Shown in pieces: positions 20,487-32,383 of a stretch of 62,999 nucleotides of DNA. Made by a program: the position numbers and the translations under genes. The notes under the pieces are model-generated. The model saw nothing but the letters and a program-made list of their open reading frames with translations, searched no databases and was not told where the DNA came from. Each line of letters begins with the position of its first letter. The first letter of the stretch is position 1. Source of the stretch: Alphaproteobacteria bacterium (GTDB lineage: Bacteria > Pseudomonadota > Alphaproteobacteria > CAAHEQ01 > UBA3637); contig JAZUQR010000007.1 in NCBI GenBank assembly GCA_045605805.1, forward strand, positions 1 to 62,999, written 5' to 3'.

Positions 20487-20935
20487 TGTTTTATTATGTG
20501 ATTGCACTGATTGTTTTTGGATTAGATTGGTTGACAAAATGTCTGGCTGTGGAACACTTGATACCTCACACCCCAAAATCTATCACACCCTTTTTTAATT
20601 ATTATTTAACATTCAATCGTGGGGTTAGTTTTTCTATGTTCACCGCCAATAATAATATAGGGGTATGGTTTCTGATAAGTGTCACCTTGATAATCAGCTC
20701 ATTTGTTTTATACGCCTTTCTGAAAAGTAATGATAAAATTGAAAAATCAGCTTTTATGCTGATTTTAGGCGGAGCATTAGGCAATTTATGGGACAGACTT
20801 CGCTATGGCGCTGTGATTGACTTTTTGGATTTTCATCTGAACAATTATCACTGGCCCGCTTTTAATATCGCCGATAGTGCTATTTGTGTTGGTGTAATCC
20901 TGTTACTATGGCATACATTAAGGAGGAAAAAATGA
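20486..20935 (+). CDS. lspA: Lipoprotein signal peptidase II
   Basis: NRGVSFS, GGALGNLWDR, VIDF, WPAFNIADSAI. Confidence 0.96.
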   Translation: MFYYVIALIVFGLDWLTKCLAVEHLIPHTPKSITPFFNYYLTFNRGVSFSMFTANNNIGVWFLISVTLIISSFVLYAFLKSNDKIEKSAFMLILGGALGNLWDRLRYGAVIDFLDFHLNNYHWPAFNIADSAICVGVILLLWHTLRRKK

Positions 20936-21078
20936 AAAAAATAATCATTTTACTATTTTTAACGCTAATAATAACAGCGTGTTCGCCAGACAAGCCCCCA
21001 CTGGACGAAACACAACTCGTTAATGGGAAATCCATTGTGATTCCACCCAATTTTGATAAACTACCAAAGGAGAAATAA
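20932..21078 (+). CDS. Small lipoprotein, DUF3035-like (48 aa)
   Basis: AGGAGG SD; MKKIIILLFLTLIITAC lipobox; DE...V....VIPPNF..LP; position after lspA. Confidence 0.65.
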   Translation: MKKIIILLFLTLIITACSPDKPPLDETQLVNGKSIVIPPNFDKLPKEK

Positions 21079-22677
<1,599 letters not shown>

Positions 22678-22688
22678 GGAAAAACAAA

Positions 22689-24461
22689 ATGCTCAGACTG
22701 TTGCCCCAAAATCTTATCAATCAAATTGCTGCTGGTGAAGTGGTGGAACGCCCCGCAAGTGCCATTAAAGAATTGATTGAAAATGCCATAGATGCAGGGG
22801 CAACTCGCATTGAGATTCAAATTGAAAATGGCGGAAAAACATTTTTTTCGGTCTCAGATAATGGCAAAGGAATGTCCGACAGCGAATTGTCTATGGCTGT
22901 AGAACGCCATGCGACCAGCAAATTGCCAGATGATGATTTGATGAACATCAATTTTTTGGGCTTTCGGGGAGAGGCTTTACCCTCCATCGCCTCTGTTTCA
23001 AAATTAAAAATCATCTCTCGGCAAAATGAAACACCCAACGGTTGGATGATAGAAGTATCCGGAGGAATTAAAAAAGCTCCTGAACCAACACCGGCCACCT
23101 TTGGCACAACAGTGGAAGTGCGTGATTTATTCTATGCCACCCCTGCCCGATTAAAGTTTTTGAAATCCAATCAAAGCGAACAAATCGCTATCCGAGAAAT
23201 TGTGGATCGCTTAGCAATGTGTTATCCGCATATTGCTTTCACACTTATCAATGAAAACAAAAAATTGCTCTCCTATCCTACTACGGAAAAATTATTTGAT
23301 AGAGTGGCCATGGTAATCGGTCACGAATTCCACGAAAATGCTCTGGCACTCCAAACAGAATATGAAGGGATAGCCCTATCAGGTTTTGTGGGGCTGCCAA
23401 CTTATACCCGCCCCACAACAAGCGACCAATATCTTTATATCAACGGTCGTTCCGTGAAAGATAAAGTTTTACTGGGGGCAATTCGTGGTGCCTATCAAGG
23501 CTTAATGGGCCACGGCAGCGATGGTCATCCTGTGCTAGCATTATTTTTATCTGTACCAAATAATCAGGTAGATGTCAATGTGTCACCCGCCAAAACAGAA
23601 GTTCGTTTTGCCGATTCAGGGCGTATTCGTGGGCTGTTAGTCGCCTCAATTCGTAATGTTTTGGCTGAATATGGACACAAAACAGCCACAACATTAAAGA
23701 TTGGCGCTTTGGATAGCCCTGCTTCAACACCTGCGTTTTGCCAACCACAATACAAACCCTCTTCTTTGGTAAAATCTGTCTATTCGGAATCATCAAAAAA
23801 TACCCAAACAACCTTTCAATTGGCCGACACTTATTCGGTCAAAACAGAAACAGAAGCCATTTCTCTATCCCCAGAAGAAAACGATTTTCCAATGGGATTG
23901 GCCAAAGCCCAACTGCATAAAACATATATCATTTCTCAAACAAAAGAAGCCATTTTAATTGTTGACCAACATGCCGCCCATGAACGTCTGACCTATGAAA
24001 AAATGATGCAAAATCTGGGCGAAAAACCACAAACACAATTATTACTTGTCCCAGAAATTATAGACCTAAAACCGGAAGAAGTGGAATTATTAAATACGCG
24101 CAGTTCAGAATTAAAAGAAATGGGATGGATAATTGACACCTTCGGACAAGATTCTGTTGCGGTGCGGGAATTGCCTGCCCTGTTGGATAAAACAGACATC
24201 GCAAAAACAATCCAAGATTTGGCCGATACATTAAAAACCTTTGACGATACAATTTTATTAAAAGATAAAATGAAAGAAATTTGTGCCAAAATTGCCTGCC
24301 ACGGCTCAATCAGAGCCGGCAGAACTCTGTCTATCAATGAAATGAATGCGCTTCTGCGTCAAATGGAAAATTGTGGCACATCTGGGCAATGTATCCATGG
24401 TCGCCCAACCTATATCACCTTAAAGTTGAACGATATAGAAAAACTCTTTGGGCGGAAATAA
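22689..24461 (+). CDS. mutL: DNA mismatch repair protein MutL
   Basis: IAAGEVVERP, GFRGEAL, DQHAAHER, ACH, C.HGRP. Confidence 0.97.
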   Translation: MLRLLPQNLINQIAAGEVVERPASAIKELIENAIDAGATRIEIQIENGGKTFFSVSDNGKGMSDSELSMAVERHATSKLPDDDLMNINFLGFRGEALPSIASVSKLKIISRQNETPNGWMIEVSGGIKKAPEPTPATFGTTVEVRDLFYATPARLKFLKSNQSEQIAIREIVDRLAMCYPHIAFTLINENKKLLSYPTTEKLFDRVAMVIGHEFHENALALQTEYEGIALSGFVGLPTYTRPTTSDQYLYINGRSVKDKVLLGAIRGAYQGLMGHGSDGHPVLALFLSVPNNQVDVNVSPAKTEVRFADSGRIRGLLVASIRNVLAEYGHKTATTLKIGALDSPASTPAFCQPQYKPSSLVKSVYSESSKNTQTTFQLADTYSVKTETEAISLSPEENDFPMGLAKAQLHKTYIISQTKEAILIVDQHAAHERLTYEKMMQNLGEKPQTQLLLVPEIIDLKPEEVELLNTRSSELKEMGWIIDTFGQDSVAVRELPALLDKTDIAKTIQDLADTLKTFDDTILLKDKMKEICAKIACHGSIRAGRTLSINEMNALLRQMENCGTSGQCIHGRPTYITLKLNDIEKLFGRK

Positions 24462-24462
24462 C

Positions 24463-24490
24463 TTGACAAAAAAACATTTTATGATATAAT
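24463..24490 (+). promoter_or_regulatory. Sigma70 promoter of the orphan gene at 24520
   Basis: TTGACA-16 bp-TATAAT with TG extension. Confidence 0.7.
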
Positions 24491-24519
24491 TAGAAGGCAT
24501 TCAAAGAAAGGAAGCCTGT

Positions 24520-24969
24520 ATGAGTACATCATATAAAAAACAGATACAAAATAAACACCTGAAAAGCACTATTCTTTTAATATCTACATTATTGGTTTTC
24601 AGTGTATTGGGAAATATATCTCAAAACAACAAAAACAAAGCATTGGAAGAAAGAAATGCGCGTTCAAAAAAACAACTGTCAATTCTGCAAGCACAAAATG
24701 CTAACTTGCAAAAACAAGTGTCAAACCTAAAAGAAAAAAACACTGTCCTACAAGACTATGCAAACAACGCATCAAGTTTTTTATCAAATATACGGCCATG
24801 GCTAAGTGAAAACGATTCCAGTTGTGAAGAAAAAAATTGTAAAAACTGTGCAGAAATAGAACAAAGCAATCAAAAAGCAATGGAAACTTTTAATCGGGCA
24901 ATTAAAGACTTATCAATTGATCCGATGACATTATATAAGTTAAGTCAAGGCCCAAAAACAAGAGAATAA
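24520..24969 (+). CDS. Hypothetical membrane-anchored coiled-coil protein
   Basis: AAAGGA SD; one TM segment, heptad coiled coil, C-x4-C-x2-C cluster. Confidence 0.7.
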   Translation: MSTSYKKQIQNKHLKSTILLISTLLVFSVLGNISQNNKNKALEERNARSKKQLSILQAQNANLQKQVSNLKEKNTVLQDYANNASSFLSNIRPWLSENDSSCEEKNCKNCAEIEQSNQKAMETFNRAIKDLSIDPMTLYKLSQGPKTRE

Positions 24970-24982
24970 ATCAACCTATCAA

Positions 24983-25011
24983 AAAATCCCCGACCAAAAA
25001 TCGGGGATTTT
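24983..25011. terminator. Bidirectional terminator
   Basis: AAAATCCCCGA-CCAAAAA-TCGGGGATTTT between convergent genes. Confidence 0.85.
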
Positions 25012-25015
25012 AATT

Positions 25016-27655
25016 TTAGCCTAACAATTTCAAAATATCTTGAATCTTTATAACACCCTGCTCACTTTCGGCCAAAGATTGACGCTTGTCCGCCACCACT
25101 TGTTCTGGCGCTTTGGACACAAAAGACTCGTTAGATAATTGCGCTTTGGTCCGTTCAATAAAAGCAGTTAAATTAGCTAATTCTTTATTGAGACGTTCTT
25201 TTTCCTTGTCAACATCAATCAATCCCGCAACAGGAATCAATAAAGTCATACCATCAAAAATCTGAGCCACCTCACCGGCAGAACTTTCTTTCACAAAAAC
25301 AATCTCAGCTGTTTTGGATAAAAGTCTTAAAATCCCTTGATTTTCTTCAATGTTTTGTCGTTGAACATCGGTTGCATCTTTGATTTTTAAGGTGATTTTT
25401 GACGAAGCAGGAATGTTCACACTGGAACGCACAGAACGCACCGCAGTGATTAAATTAAAAATCCAATCCTGTTTTTCCGCCACTGCCTTATCTTCAAATG
25501 CATTCAAAGTTGGCCAATTGGCTTCCATAAGCATACCTTCACGATTGGCCGTTTTGCCCCACAGTTCTTCCGAAACATAAGGCATAAAAGGATGAATCAA
25601 CTTTAACATTTCATCAACCACAAAGGCCACTGTGGCCCGAGTTTCACGAATCGCAGCCTCATCTGCTGAGTTAAAGACACTCTTAATGGCTTCCAAATAC
25701 CAATCACAAAAAGTATTCCAAACAAAGTGGTACAACTCATTGCACGCCTCATTAAAGGCATACATATCCATCCACTTGGCAATCAAATCTGCTGTTTCAG
25801 AAATCTTGGTGATAATCCATTTATTCACAGGCAAAGAAATTGTGGCAGGGTTAAAGTCCTCCACCCGTTTGCATTCATTCATCTCACAAAAACGCACAGC
25901 ATTCCAAATTTTGGTGGTAAAGTTGCGATAGGTTTCTACCCGCCCTTCACTCATCAACACACTGCGGCCGGAACCTTCTTGAATCAACAATGAAAAGCGC
26001 AACGCATCGGCCCCATATTTGTTGCACATTTCCAAAGGATCAATTCCGTTACCCTTGGATTTGCTCATCTTCTGGCCTTTTTCATCCCGAACAAGACCGT
26101 GCAAATGAATCTCCTTAAATGGCACTTGCTTCATCGCATACATAGACATCATCATCATTCTGGCCACCCAAAAGAAAATAATATCAAAACCAGTCACCAA
26201 AACGGATGTCGGATAGTATTTTTTCAAATGTTCATCATTTTCATTTGGCCAACCCAATGTTGAAAAAGCCCACAACCCCGAAGAATACCATGTATCCAAA
26301 ACATCTGTATCTTGAACAAGTGGTTCAACTTTACCATAAAAAAGATTGGCCTGTTTTTGGGCTTCTTCTTGTGTTTCTTCACAGAACATATGTCCATCCG
26401 GCCCATACCAAACAGGCACTTGATGACCCCACCATAATTGACGAGAAATACACCATGGCTGAATATTTTCCATCCACGAATAATACATATTTTCCCAAGT
26501 ACTGGGTACAAACTTTGTCGCCCCAGACTTCACAGCATCAATAGCCGCCCCAACCAATTTGGAGGTATCCACAAACCATTGATCAGTCAACCACGGTTCA
26601 ATCACCACATCAGAACGATCGCCATAAGGAATTGTCATGGGATTATCTTCTTCATGGTCATACAACCCCAAAGCCTTGATATCTTCCAACACAAGTGGAC
26701 GAGCCTCCAAAGGTGCCATCCCCCGATATTTTTCCGGCACATTTTCGTTCAACTTTGCCTCTTTTGTCAATAAATTGACCAGTGGTAATTGATGGCGTTT
26801 GCCCACTTCAAAGTCATTAAAATCATGAGCCGGTGTAATTTTCACAGCACCAGTTCCCTTTTCTGGATCAGCATGTTCATCTGTAATCACAGGAATCGGT
26901 TTATTGATAATAGGAATTAAAACATTTTTACCAATAAAGTCCTGATATCTTTCATCTTTATCAGAAACCGCAACGGCCGTATCCCCAAACAAAGTTTCGG
27001 GACGTGTTGTCCCAACCATAATGAATTTGGAAGAATCTCCTTCCAACGGATATTTGAAATACCACATTTTTCCAATGGTTTCTTTTTGAATAACTTCCAA
27101 ATCAGAAATAGCTGTTTGAAACTTCGGATCCCAGTTCACCAAGCGTTTATCACGATAAATCAAACCATCTTTGTACATTTTCACAAACACTTTGCGCACA
27201 GCCGCAGAAAGCCCCTCGTCCATTGTAAAACGTTCTCTGCGCCAATCACATGAACAACCTAAGTGCTTTAACTGATTGACAATTTCACCACCAGACTTGG
27301 TTTTCCACTCCCAAACTTTTTCCAAAAACTTGGCACGACCTAAATCATGACGAGAAATCCCTTCTTTTGCCAACATGCGTTCCACAACCATTTGCGTGGC
27401 AATACCCGCATGGTCAGTTCCGGGTTGCCATAAAACATCAAACCCCTTCATCCGTTTATAACGACATAAAGCATCTTGAATAGAATAGTTCAAAGCATGA
27501 CCAAGATGCAAATTACCAGTCACATTTGGCGGAGGAATAACAACACAAAAAGGAGGTTTTTCAGACTCAGGATGACAATCAAACAAACCTTTGGCTTGCC
27601 ATTTAGCATAGATTTCTGTTTCGGCTGTATTGGGTGTAAATGATTTTTCTAACAT
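25016..27655 (-). CDS. valS: Valine--tRNA ligase
   Basis: PPPNVTGNLHLGH, WCISRQLWWGH, KMSKSKGN, C-terminal coiled coil; start MLEKS at 27655 behind AAGGAG. Confidence 0.98.
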   Translation of the reverse strand: MLEKSFTPNTAETEIYAKWQAKGLFDCHPESEKPPFCVVIPPPNVTGNLHLGHALNYSIQDALCRYKRMKGFDVLWQPGTDHAGIATQMVVERMLAKEGISRHDLGRAKFLEKVWEWKTKSGGEIVNQLKHLGCSCDWRRERFTMDEGLSAAVRKVFVKMYKDGLIYRDKRLVNWDPKFQTAISDLEVIQKETIGKMWYFKYPLEGDSSKFIMVGTTRPETLFGDTAVAVSDKDERYQDFIGKNVLIPIINKPIPVITDEHADPEKGTGAVKITPAHDFNDFEVGKRHQLPLVNLLTKEAKLNENVPEKYRGMAPLEARPLVLEDIKALGLYDHEEDNPMTIPYGDRSDVVIEPWLTDQWFVDTSKLVGAAIDAVKSGATKFVPSTWENMYYSWMENIQPWCISRQLWWGHQVPVWYGPDGHMFCEETQEEAQKQANLFYGKVEPLVQDTDVLDTWYSSGLWAFSTLGWPNENDEHLKKYYPTSVLVTGFDIIFFWVARMMMMSMYAMKQVPFKEIHLHGLVRDEKGQKMSKSKGNGIDPLEMCNKYGADALRFSLLIQEGSGRSVLMSEGRVETYRNFTTKIWNAVRFCEMNECKRVEDFNPATISLPVNKWIITKISETADLIAKWMDMYAFNEACNELYHFVWNTFCDWYLEAIKSVFNSADEAAIRETRATVAFVVDEMLKLIHPFMPYVSEELWGKTANREGMLMEANWPTLNAFEDKAVAEKQDWIFNLITAVRSVRSSVNIPASSKITLKIKDATDVQRQNIEENQGILRLLSKTAEIVFVKESSAGEVAQIFDGMTLLIPVAGLIDVDKEKERLNKELANLTAFIERTKAQLSNESFVSKAPEQVVADKRQSLAESEQGVIKIQDILKLLG

Positions 27656-27724
27656 AGTAAACTCCTTAATGTATAAATTAGAAGTATGATACCGCAAAAA
27701 AACAAAAAGGTCAACCATTATTTG

Positions 27725-27862
27725 AAAAAACCCCCGCTTTTAGCGGGGGTCTGCGATGTTGAGAATAAAAAAGGGGGAGGTAACCTCAACAATCGCTTAC
27801 AGATGTCTGTTGATATAGGGAGACTAAATGACACAAACATCTGGTCCTGCTCTACACAGGAT
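27725..27862 (-). ncRNA. Putative trans-acting sRNA with two anti-SD (CUCCC) loops
   Basis: Own TTGACA-17-TAAAAT promoter (27892-27897 / 27869-27874), three hairpins, CCCCCGC/GCGGGGG terminator plus U6; no ORF seen. Confidence 0.7.
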
Positions 27863-28016
27863 AAGTATATTTTAACTTATTATTTACTATTTGTCAACAC
27901 TTTTTTAATAAAAAAACAACATTTTTTACATTTTTCTTCAAAAAAAAAGAAGCTGTTGAATTCAAACAAAAAACTCCCCCTGTTTAACAGGAGGAGACTT
28001 TGAAAAAACACACAAA

Positions 28017-30008
28017 CTAACCATCTTCCAAAAAGCTGCGTAATTTTCTGGAACGAGAAGGATGTTTTAACTTGCGCAAGGCTTTGGCTTCAATTTGCCG
28101 AATGCGTTCACGAGTCACAGAAAATTGCAACCCCACTTCTTCCAAAGTATGATCCGAGTTCATTCCAATCCCAAAACGCATACGCAACACCCTCTCCTCA
28201 CGAGGAGATAAAGTAGAAAGAACCGCTGTACAAGATTGACGCAAATTGCTTTGAATAGCGGCCTCCAAAGGTTGCAAAGTATTTTTATCTTCAATAAAAT
28301 CACCTAAATGGCTGTCATCCTCATCCCCAACCGGTGTTTCCAAAGAAATGGGGTCTTTGGCAATCTTCATCACCTTTTTAATTTTTTCAGGCGTCATGTT
28401 CACCCGAGGGGCTAATTCTTCCGGAGTTGGTTCATGCCCTGTTTCCAATTGCATCTGATGACTTGTACGCATCATTTTATTGATGGTTTCAATCATGTGA
28501 ACAGGAATACGAATCGTTCTGGCTTGATCAGCAATAGCCCGAGTAATAGATTGACGAATCCACCAAGTTGCATAAGTAGAAAACTTATTTCCCCGCTTAT
28601 ATTCAAACTTATCAACCGCCTTCATCAAACCGATATTTCCTTCTTGAATCAAGTCCAAAAATTGCAAATTACGATGCATATAGCGTTTAGAAATAGAAAT
28701 CACCAAACGTAAGTTTGCTTCAATCATTTCTTGCTTGGCTTTTTTCATCTCTTGACGGCCTTTGCGCACAACATTCACTAACTGACGATATTGCGACACA
28801 GGCATTTTGGTTTCAACAAGCAACCCTTTAATGGCCGACATGATATCCTTTGCTTCCGTCAAAGACTTTTCTACAAAGGCTTTCCAATGTTTTTCTTTTT
28901 TATTTTTAAGGGTATCTAACCATTTCGGATTGGCCTCGCTTAATGCATACACTTTCAAAAACTCATCACGATCAATTTTATGTGCATTCGCCAAACGCAA
29001 CAATTTACCTTCTAACATCATCAATTTCTGGTTCAATTCGTTGATAGTGTCCATAATTTCACCCAAACGACCTTGTGTTAAATGAAGCTCTTTAATAAGC
29101 TCAACCAGTTCAGCCTGAATTTTTTTGTACTTTTCCTCAGCGGCAGACACCAACTTTTCCTTCAAAGTAATTTGTTTTACCCGAGCAGATTGAAGTTTTG
29201 CAAACTTTTGATAAGCGACCTCTATTTTACCAAAAGTTTCTATTACAGAGGGACGCAGGGTTTCTTCCATCTCATCCAACGATAAAATATCGTCATCCTC
29301 ATCATCTTCATCTTGATCATCTTCTGTGTCTGATGACGAACTCATATCATTAAACAAATCATTTTGCACCTGCTTTTCTTTTTTTGCCTCATTCTTTGCT
29401 TCCGTAGTTGTTATTTTTTCCTCAGAATCCAAAGCAGCAGTTTTTGGGGCATTTTCCATGGCGGTTTCAAGATCAATTAAATCTCGTAAAGCCAATTCAT
29501 TGTTTTCCAATTGTTGATGCCATTGATGAAGCAGCATATAAGTAGCCGAACATTCGGCCAAACCGTTCATCATAACATTAAAACCGGCCGCAATACGCTT
29601 GGCAATGGCCACCTCTCCTTCACGGGAAAGCAAATCTACCGCCCCCATTTCCTTTAAGTACAAGCGCACAGGATCTTTAATGCCAACAATGTCTGTTGTT
29701 GAAGATTGTTCCACTTCGGCCACAGGGACTTCATCTTCCACCATATTGTTCTTAGATGGAACTTCCGTTAAATCAGCCACATCATCAGAACCATCTACCA
29801 AACTGATACCCATTTCTGTAAACGAATTTACAAGTTGTTCCCATTTTTCCTCAGTCTGATATTCCTGTGGCAAACAACGACGCAATTTTTCCACAACAAT
29901 AAAACCTCTTTCACGCCCCTGCTCAATCAAGGTCTTCATCAAAGTTTTCAAATCGGTGGAATTATCATCTAAAATCTCATTATTTTGTGTTTTGGAAACA
30001 GAACTCAT
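28017..30008 (-). CDS. rpoD: RNA polymerase sigma factor RpoD
   Basis: [11 protein letters not shown], long non-conserved region, [33 protein letters not shown]...[17 protein letters not shown]. Confidence 0.98.
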   Translation of the reverse strand: MSSVSKTQNNEILDDNSTDLKTLMKTLIEQGRERGFIVVEKLRRCLPQEYQTEEKWEQLVNSFTEMGISLVDGSDDVADLTEVPSKNNMVEDEVPVAEVEQSSTTDIVGIKDPVRLYLKEMGAVDLLSREGEVAIAKRIAAGFNVMMNGLAECSATYMLLHQWHQQLENNELALRDLIDLETAMENAPKTAALDSEEKITTTEAKNEAKKEKQVQNDLFNDMSSSSDTEDDQDEDDEDDDILSLDEMEETLRPSVIETFGKIEVAYQKFAKLQSARVKQITLKEKLVSAAEEKYKKIQAELVELIKELHLTQGRLGEIMDTINELNQKLMMLEGKLLRLANAHKIDRDEFLKVYALSEANPKWLDTLKNKKEKHWKAFVEKSLTEAKDIMSAIKGLLVETKMPVSQYRQLVNVVRKGRQEMKKAKQEMIEANLRLVISISKRYMHRNLQFLDLIQEGNIGLMKAVDKFEYKRGNKFSTYATWWIRQSITRAIADQARTIRIPVHMIETINKMMRTSHQMQLETGHEPTPEELAPRVNMTPEKIKKVMKIAKDPISLETPVGDEDDSHLGDFIEDKNTLQPLEAAIQSNLRQSCTAVLSTLSPREERVLRMRFGIGMNSDHTLEEVGLQFSVTRERIRQIEAKALRKLKHPSRSRKLRSFLEDG

Positions 30009-30078
30009 AATTGCAACCCCTCTAAATTATAAAAAGATAGGAAGATTATACCCTATTATCAATAAAATGTCAAACAAA

Positions 30079-31806
30079 TTATTCAGATAGATTCAGTTTT
30101 TCCATCTCACGATTCAAAAGATCCAATTCATTTTTAATTTTTACATCTTCTGTTTCAAAATAGGCCCGAGTTTTTTCAGCAATTTCTTTCTTCAAAGCCG
30201 TTTTCTTGGCATTGCGAACCAAACCGGCAACCGACAAACGAATAGCTTCTTGATTTTCTTGTCCTTTTTGAAGAATAGATAATGGCAAAGAAATAACTTG
30301 TTGCTGTTCCTGTGTCAATAATTGAAGCAAATCAGAAGTCTGAACATCCGGATTTTGAACCAACTCTGTCACAAGCACCTCAAAGGCCTCTTGTAAAAAA
30401 GGCGTTGAAAACCTAAAATATTGTAAAATCTCCTCGGTAAATTCAGCACACAAACGAGGATATGCTAACAGATAAACCAATAATTGTGTAGAATCACTAG
30501 GGCTGACAAGAGGCGTCACAAGATTGGCGGATTGGCGGCCCTTTTCTTTACCCAAGGCACGAATGCGTTTTTTTAATTCCCTCTGATAATAGGAACGCAC
30601 CCGTTCATCTTCTATTTTGACAACAAGTTCATCGGCATCTTTTTCCAATTTTGCCAAGCGTTCTGGCGTATCCAAAGTCCGACCGTCAAGCAACATCTGC
30701 CACAGTGCCCAAATAAAAGGTTTTGCCGATTGTACTTCTTCTTGCAAAGCCTGAACAGACTTTTTACGCAACATATCGTCTGGATCCATCCCATCCGGCA
30801 AATAAGCAAACTTCAAAGACTTCCCTGCTTTCAGCATAGGTAAAGCCCGTTCAAGTGCCCGCACCATCGCTTTACGGCCCGCCCCATCACCATCAAAACA
30901 AATCACCGGTTCATCACACATAGTCCATAATAGGCGGATTTGTTCCTGTGTAAAAGCCGTTCCCAAAGGAGCCATTGCCTGTGTAAAACCAGCCTCATGC
31001 AGCGCCAAAACATCCACATTTCCTTCAACCACCAACGCTGTATTCTTTTTGCGCACAGTTTCAATGGCTTGTGGCAAACCATATAGTAAATCTCCCTTGT
31101 GAAATAAATCTGTTTCTGGTGAATTCAAATACTTCGGCTCACCCCCATGTAAAACCCGACCGCTGAACCCAATTACTTGACCTTTTCTGTTCATCACAGG
31201 GAACATCACCCGATCATAAAAATAATCATGATATCCATGGCCGTCACGATTGGGAGCAACCAAGCCCAAAGCCTGCATTTCTTTAACAGAAAACTTATTG
31301 GCCGTTAAATGGGCAAGCAAACCAGAACCAGATGGGGCATAGCCCAAACGAAATCGTTTAGCCAAGTCAGAACTCATCCCTCTACGGATAAGATATTGAC
31401 GGGCATCCGAACCAACAGCTCCAAATAAATTATTTTGAAAATAACGACACGCACATTCCATTAAACGCAACAAAACAGCGTTTTTTTCATTGCGATAAGC
31501 CTGTTTTGCATCTGGTTGCGGCATCTTCATACCAGCCATATTTGCCAAATACTCCACCGCTTCTAAAAACGGCATTTTTTCCGATTCAATCAAATAAGTT
31601 ATTTGGTCACCATGCGCCCCACATCCAAAACAATGATAAAACCCCTTGTCATCATTTACCGTAAAAGAAGGAGTCTTTTCTTTGTGAAAAGGACACAAAC
31701 CCAAAAACTCACGGCCTTTTCGGGCCAGTTTTATCTTCCGCCCAATCACCTCTGATAAGGGAATCTTACTGCGCAGCTCATCCAAAAAAGAAGTTAAATC
31801 AACCAT
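30079..31806 (-). CDS. dnaG: DNA primase
   Basis: CPFH.EKTPSF...CFGC zinc finger, PKYLNSPET, VVEG..DV, FDGDGAG, DPDD. Confidence 0.97.
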   Translation of the reverse strand: MVDLTSFLDELRSKIPLSEVIGRKIKLARKGREFLGLCPFHKEKTPSFTVNDDKGFYHCFGCGAHGDQITYLIESEKMPFLEAVEYLANMAGMKMPQPDAKQAYRNEKNAVLLRLMECACRYFQNNLFGAVGSDARQYLIRRGMSSDLAKRFRLGYAPSGSGLLAHLTANKFSVKEMQALGLVAPNRDGHGYHDYFYDRVMFPVMNRKGQVIGFSGRVLHGGEPKYLNSPETDLFHKGDLLYGLPQAIETVRKKNTALVVEGNVDVLALHEAGFTQAMAPLGTAFTQEQIRLLWTMCDEPVICFDGDGAGRKAMVRALERALPMLKAGKSLKFAYLPDGMDPDDMLRKKSVQALQEEVQSAKPFIWALWQMLLDGRTLDTPERLAKLEKDADELVVKIEDERVRSYYQRELKKRIRALGKEKGRQSANLVTPLVSPSDSTQLLVYLLAYPRLCAEFTEEILQYFRFSTPFLQEAFEVLVTELVQNPDVQTSDLLQLLTQEQQQVISLPLSILQKGQENQEAIRLSVAGLVRNAKKTALKKEIAEKTRAYFETEDVKIKNELDLLNREMEKLNLSE

Positions 31807-32265
31807 TTATCCTGCAAGCAACCCTTTAATAATCCCAGAAGCAGAACCAAAATCCATCTGGCCAGCATATTTTTCTTTTAAGGCTGCCATCACTTTTCCC
31901 ATATCTTTAATAGAAGAAGCACCTGTTTCGGCAATAACCGCCTCAATGGCCTGTTGAACAGCCGCTGTATCCATTTGTTTTGGTAAAAACTGTTGAATCA
32001 CATCAATTTCTGCCTGTTCATGAGCCACCAAATCCTCACGATTGCCTTTTTTATACATCTCAATGCTTTCCTTGCGTTGTTTAATCATCGTCTGTAATAA
32101 AGACAACACGGCCGCTTCATCAATACCATCGGTCAAGCCTTTAACCCGACCGTCAATATCCTTTTGCTTAATAGCCGCCTGCACCAACCTTAAAGTATTC
32201 ACTTTATCGGCATCTTTATTTTTCATTGCTTCTACCAAAGCATTTTTAATATCATCACGCAACAT
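31807..32265 (-). CDS. yqeY: GatB/YqeY-domain protein
   Basis: AMK.KD, KQRKES, FLPKQM, KDMGKVM; start MLRDD at 32265. Confidence 0.92.
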   Translation of the reverse strand: MLRDDIKNALVEAMKNKDADKVNTLRLVQAAIKQKDIDGRVKGLTDGIDEAAVLSLLQTMIKQRKESIEMYKKGNREDLVAHEQAEIDVIQQFLPKQMDTAAVQQAIEAVIAETGASSIKDMGKVMAALKEKYAGQMDFGSASGIIKGLLAG

Positions 32266-32383
32266 TTTTACACTCCTTATTTTTTGTGAATGTACATATT
32301 GTATCTTTTTTTTCATCAAATGAAAAGAAAAATCTTGCCTTCATATAAAAATTATATATAATAGCCAAAAAGGAGAGGAAAAA

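Noticed and set aside
27725-27862. Element upstream of valS as a Val T-box (first hairpin CCUG-UGUAGAG-CAGG has GUA in its loop)
   Set aside because: No K-turn, Stem II/F-box or UGGN bulge, and valS has a separate promoter-like sequence downstream of the terminator; an independent sRNA fits better.
27686-28003. 105-aa plus-strand ORF
   Set aside because: Runs antisense through the sRNA, promoters and terminators; low-complexity product.
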